From: Sphingobacteriales bacterium
GTDB taxonomy: Bacteria > Bacteroidota > Bacteroidia > Chitinophagales > LD1
Direction: 5' to 3'
DNA: 64,000 bases
Assembly (NCBI GenBank): GCA_018262795.1
Contig: JADFDM010000001.1
Location: 280,283-344,282 of the forward strand
The position numbers and the translations under genes are program-made. The notes beneath the pieces were generated by a model. It made no database searches. It was not told the DNA's origin and saw nothing but the letters and a program-made list of their open reading frames with translations. The stretch's first letter is position 1; every line of letters begins with the position of its first letter. Positions 62,917 through 64,000 of the stretch are shown here, one piece after another.

Positions 62917-64000
62917 ATGATAAAAGCAATTACACGAATTCAACTTTTGGTGGCGATTATCGGCACTTTGCTTCTTACCATTTGCAATACCGATAAGCTA
63001 TATGCTTCGCACGCTATGGGGGCCGATTTGTCGTATGAATGTACCAACCCTGCCAACAGAACTTATAAGATTACGCTGCGGTTTTACCGCGACTGTGCCG
63101 GTATTGATGAGCCTGCTTTGGTCACCATCAATGTTTCTTCTATTAATTGCGGACAAAACCTCACGCTCGACTTGACCAAGCAGCCTTGCGCGACTAATGC
63201 AAACGGTGGCCAATCCTGCGAAGTTTCTCCCTTGTGTTCCAGTTCTATCCTTCAGAGTACCTGTAATGGCGGCACGCTGCCGGGGGTAGAGGCATTTACC
63301 TACACCGGCACCATTTCGCTGCCGATGGACTGCCCCGACTGGACTTTTAGTTTTTCAGAATGTTGCCGAAACGATCAGATTACTAATATTTCAAACGCCA
63401 GCAGCGAAGATTTATATGTGCAGGCCACTTTGAATAGTTCTGGAGGGCAATCCAATAATTCACCCGTTTTTACCACCCTGCCGGTGCCGTTTATCTGTGC
63501 CAATCAACCCTTCTCCTACAATCAGGGAGCCGTAGATGCGGATGGCGATTCGATTGTGTATTCCTTAGTAAATCCATTAGGGGCGGGAGCGGTGAATGTG
63601 ACATATAACTCCGGTTTTTCCCCCACGAATCCTTTAACCACCAGTCCGCCCAATTCCTTTGGTTTCTCTACTTCTACGGGGCAAATTTCATTTACTCCCG
63701 GAGGGGTGCAAGTGGCCGTGGTCACTGTGTTAGTGCAAGAATACCGGAACGGACAGTTGATAGGAACAACCATGCGCGACATACAAATTGTTATTCTGAA
63801 TATTCCCGGATGTGGAGTTCCGCCAGTGTTTAGCGGAGCCATGCAGAATACGGTGCAGAACGGTATTTACATTAACCCTCAATTAATTCAGGTGTGCCCC
63901 GGCAATCAGCTTGCGTTTTCGATTTTAGCCTACAATCCTACGAATGATTCAGTGTTCATTGAGTCCAACGCTTCGGTGGCTATTCCCGATGCACAGTTTG
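62917..64000 (+). CDS. Large secreted Bacteroidota protein (SHxxG-type N-terminus typical of T9SS cargo), 3' truncated; absent from the ORF track
   Basis: Open frame from ATG 62917 to the window end: MIKAITRIQLL...ASHAMGADLSYEC...YKITLRFYRDC...CCRN..I.NI...NNSPVF...DADGDSIVYSL...EYRNG.LIG...RDIQ. Confidence 0.88.
   Translation, partial: MIKAITRIQLLVAIIGTLLLTICNTDKLYASHAMGADLSYECTNPANRTYKITLRFYRDCAGIDEPALVTINVSSINCGQNLTLDLTKQPCATNANGGQSCEVSPLCSSSILQSTCNGGTLPGVEAFTYTGTISLPMDCPDWTFSFSECCRNDQITNISNASSEDLYVQATLNSSGGQSNNSPVFTTLPVPFICANQPFSYNQGAVDADGDSIVYSLVNPLGAGAVNVTYNSGFSPTNPLTTSPPNSFGFSTSTGQISFTPGGVQVAVVTVLVQEYRNGQLIGTTMRDIQIVILNIPGCGVPPVFSGAMQNTVQNGIYINPQLIQVCPGNQLAFSILAYNPTNDSVFIESNASVAIPDAQF

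Overview
Chromosomal segment of a Bacteroidota genome. The evidence is T9SS type A and type B cargo proteins, several CarboxypepD_reg/TonB-dependent receptors, fused SecDF and TAnnTTTG-type promoters; a finer taxonomic call cannot be made from sequence alone. Most of the window is housekeeping or envelope genes (hldD, amt, rpe, scoAB, yggS, purC, phoH, rlmH, ltaE, menC, cyclophilin-FKBP, nrnA, csp, transaldolase, secDF), plus an SRP RNA hidden under a spurious ORF. The main accessory locus is a tight four-gene operon (16.3-24.9 kb) for secreted trimeric fibre-like proteins: a 1180-aa Thr-rich collagen, a short tip-like protein, an orphan, and a 1341-aa beta-repeat protein with an S74 intramolecular chaperone. 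None has a T9SS CTD or autotransporter barrel. A shorter paralogue with the same N-terminal module lies at 61.2 kb. Other accessory items are a carbamoyltransferase-SxtK-SxtJ-like module, an NfeD-FloA-ACBP operon, a 1925-aa SprB-repeat protein, a decayed hypothetical+PIN operon behind a mosaic of REP-like elements, a HYC_CC_PP/TBDR/HMA metal locus, and recurring intergenic heptamer tracts. I found no rRNA, tRNA, CRISPR array, intact transposase or phage structural genes. All calls come from reading motifs by eye; no database search was run.
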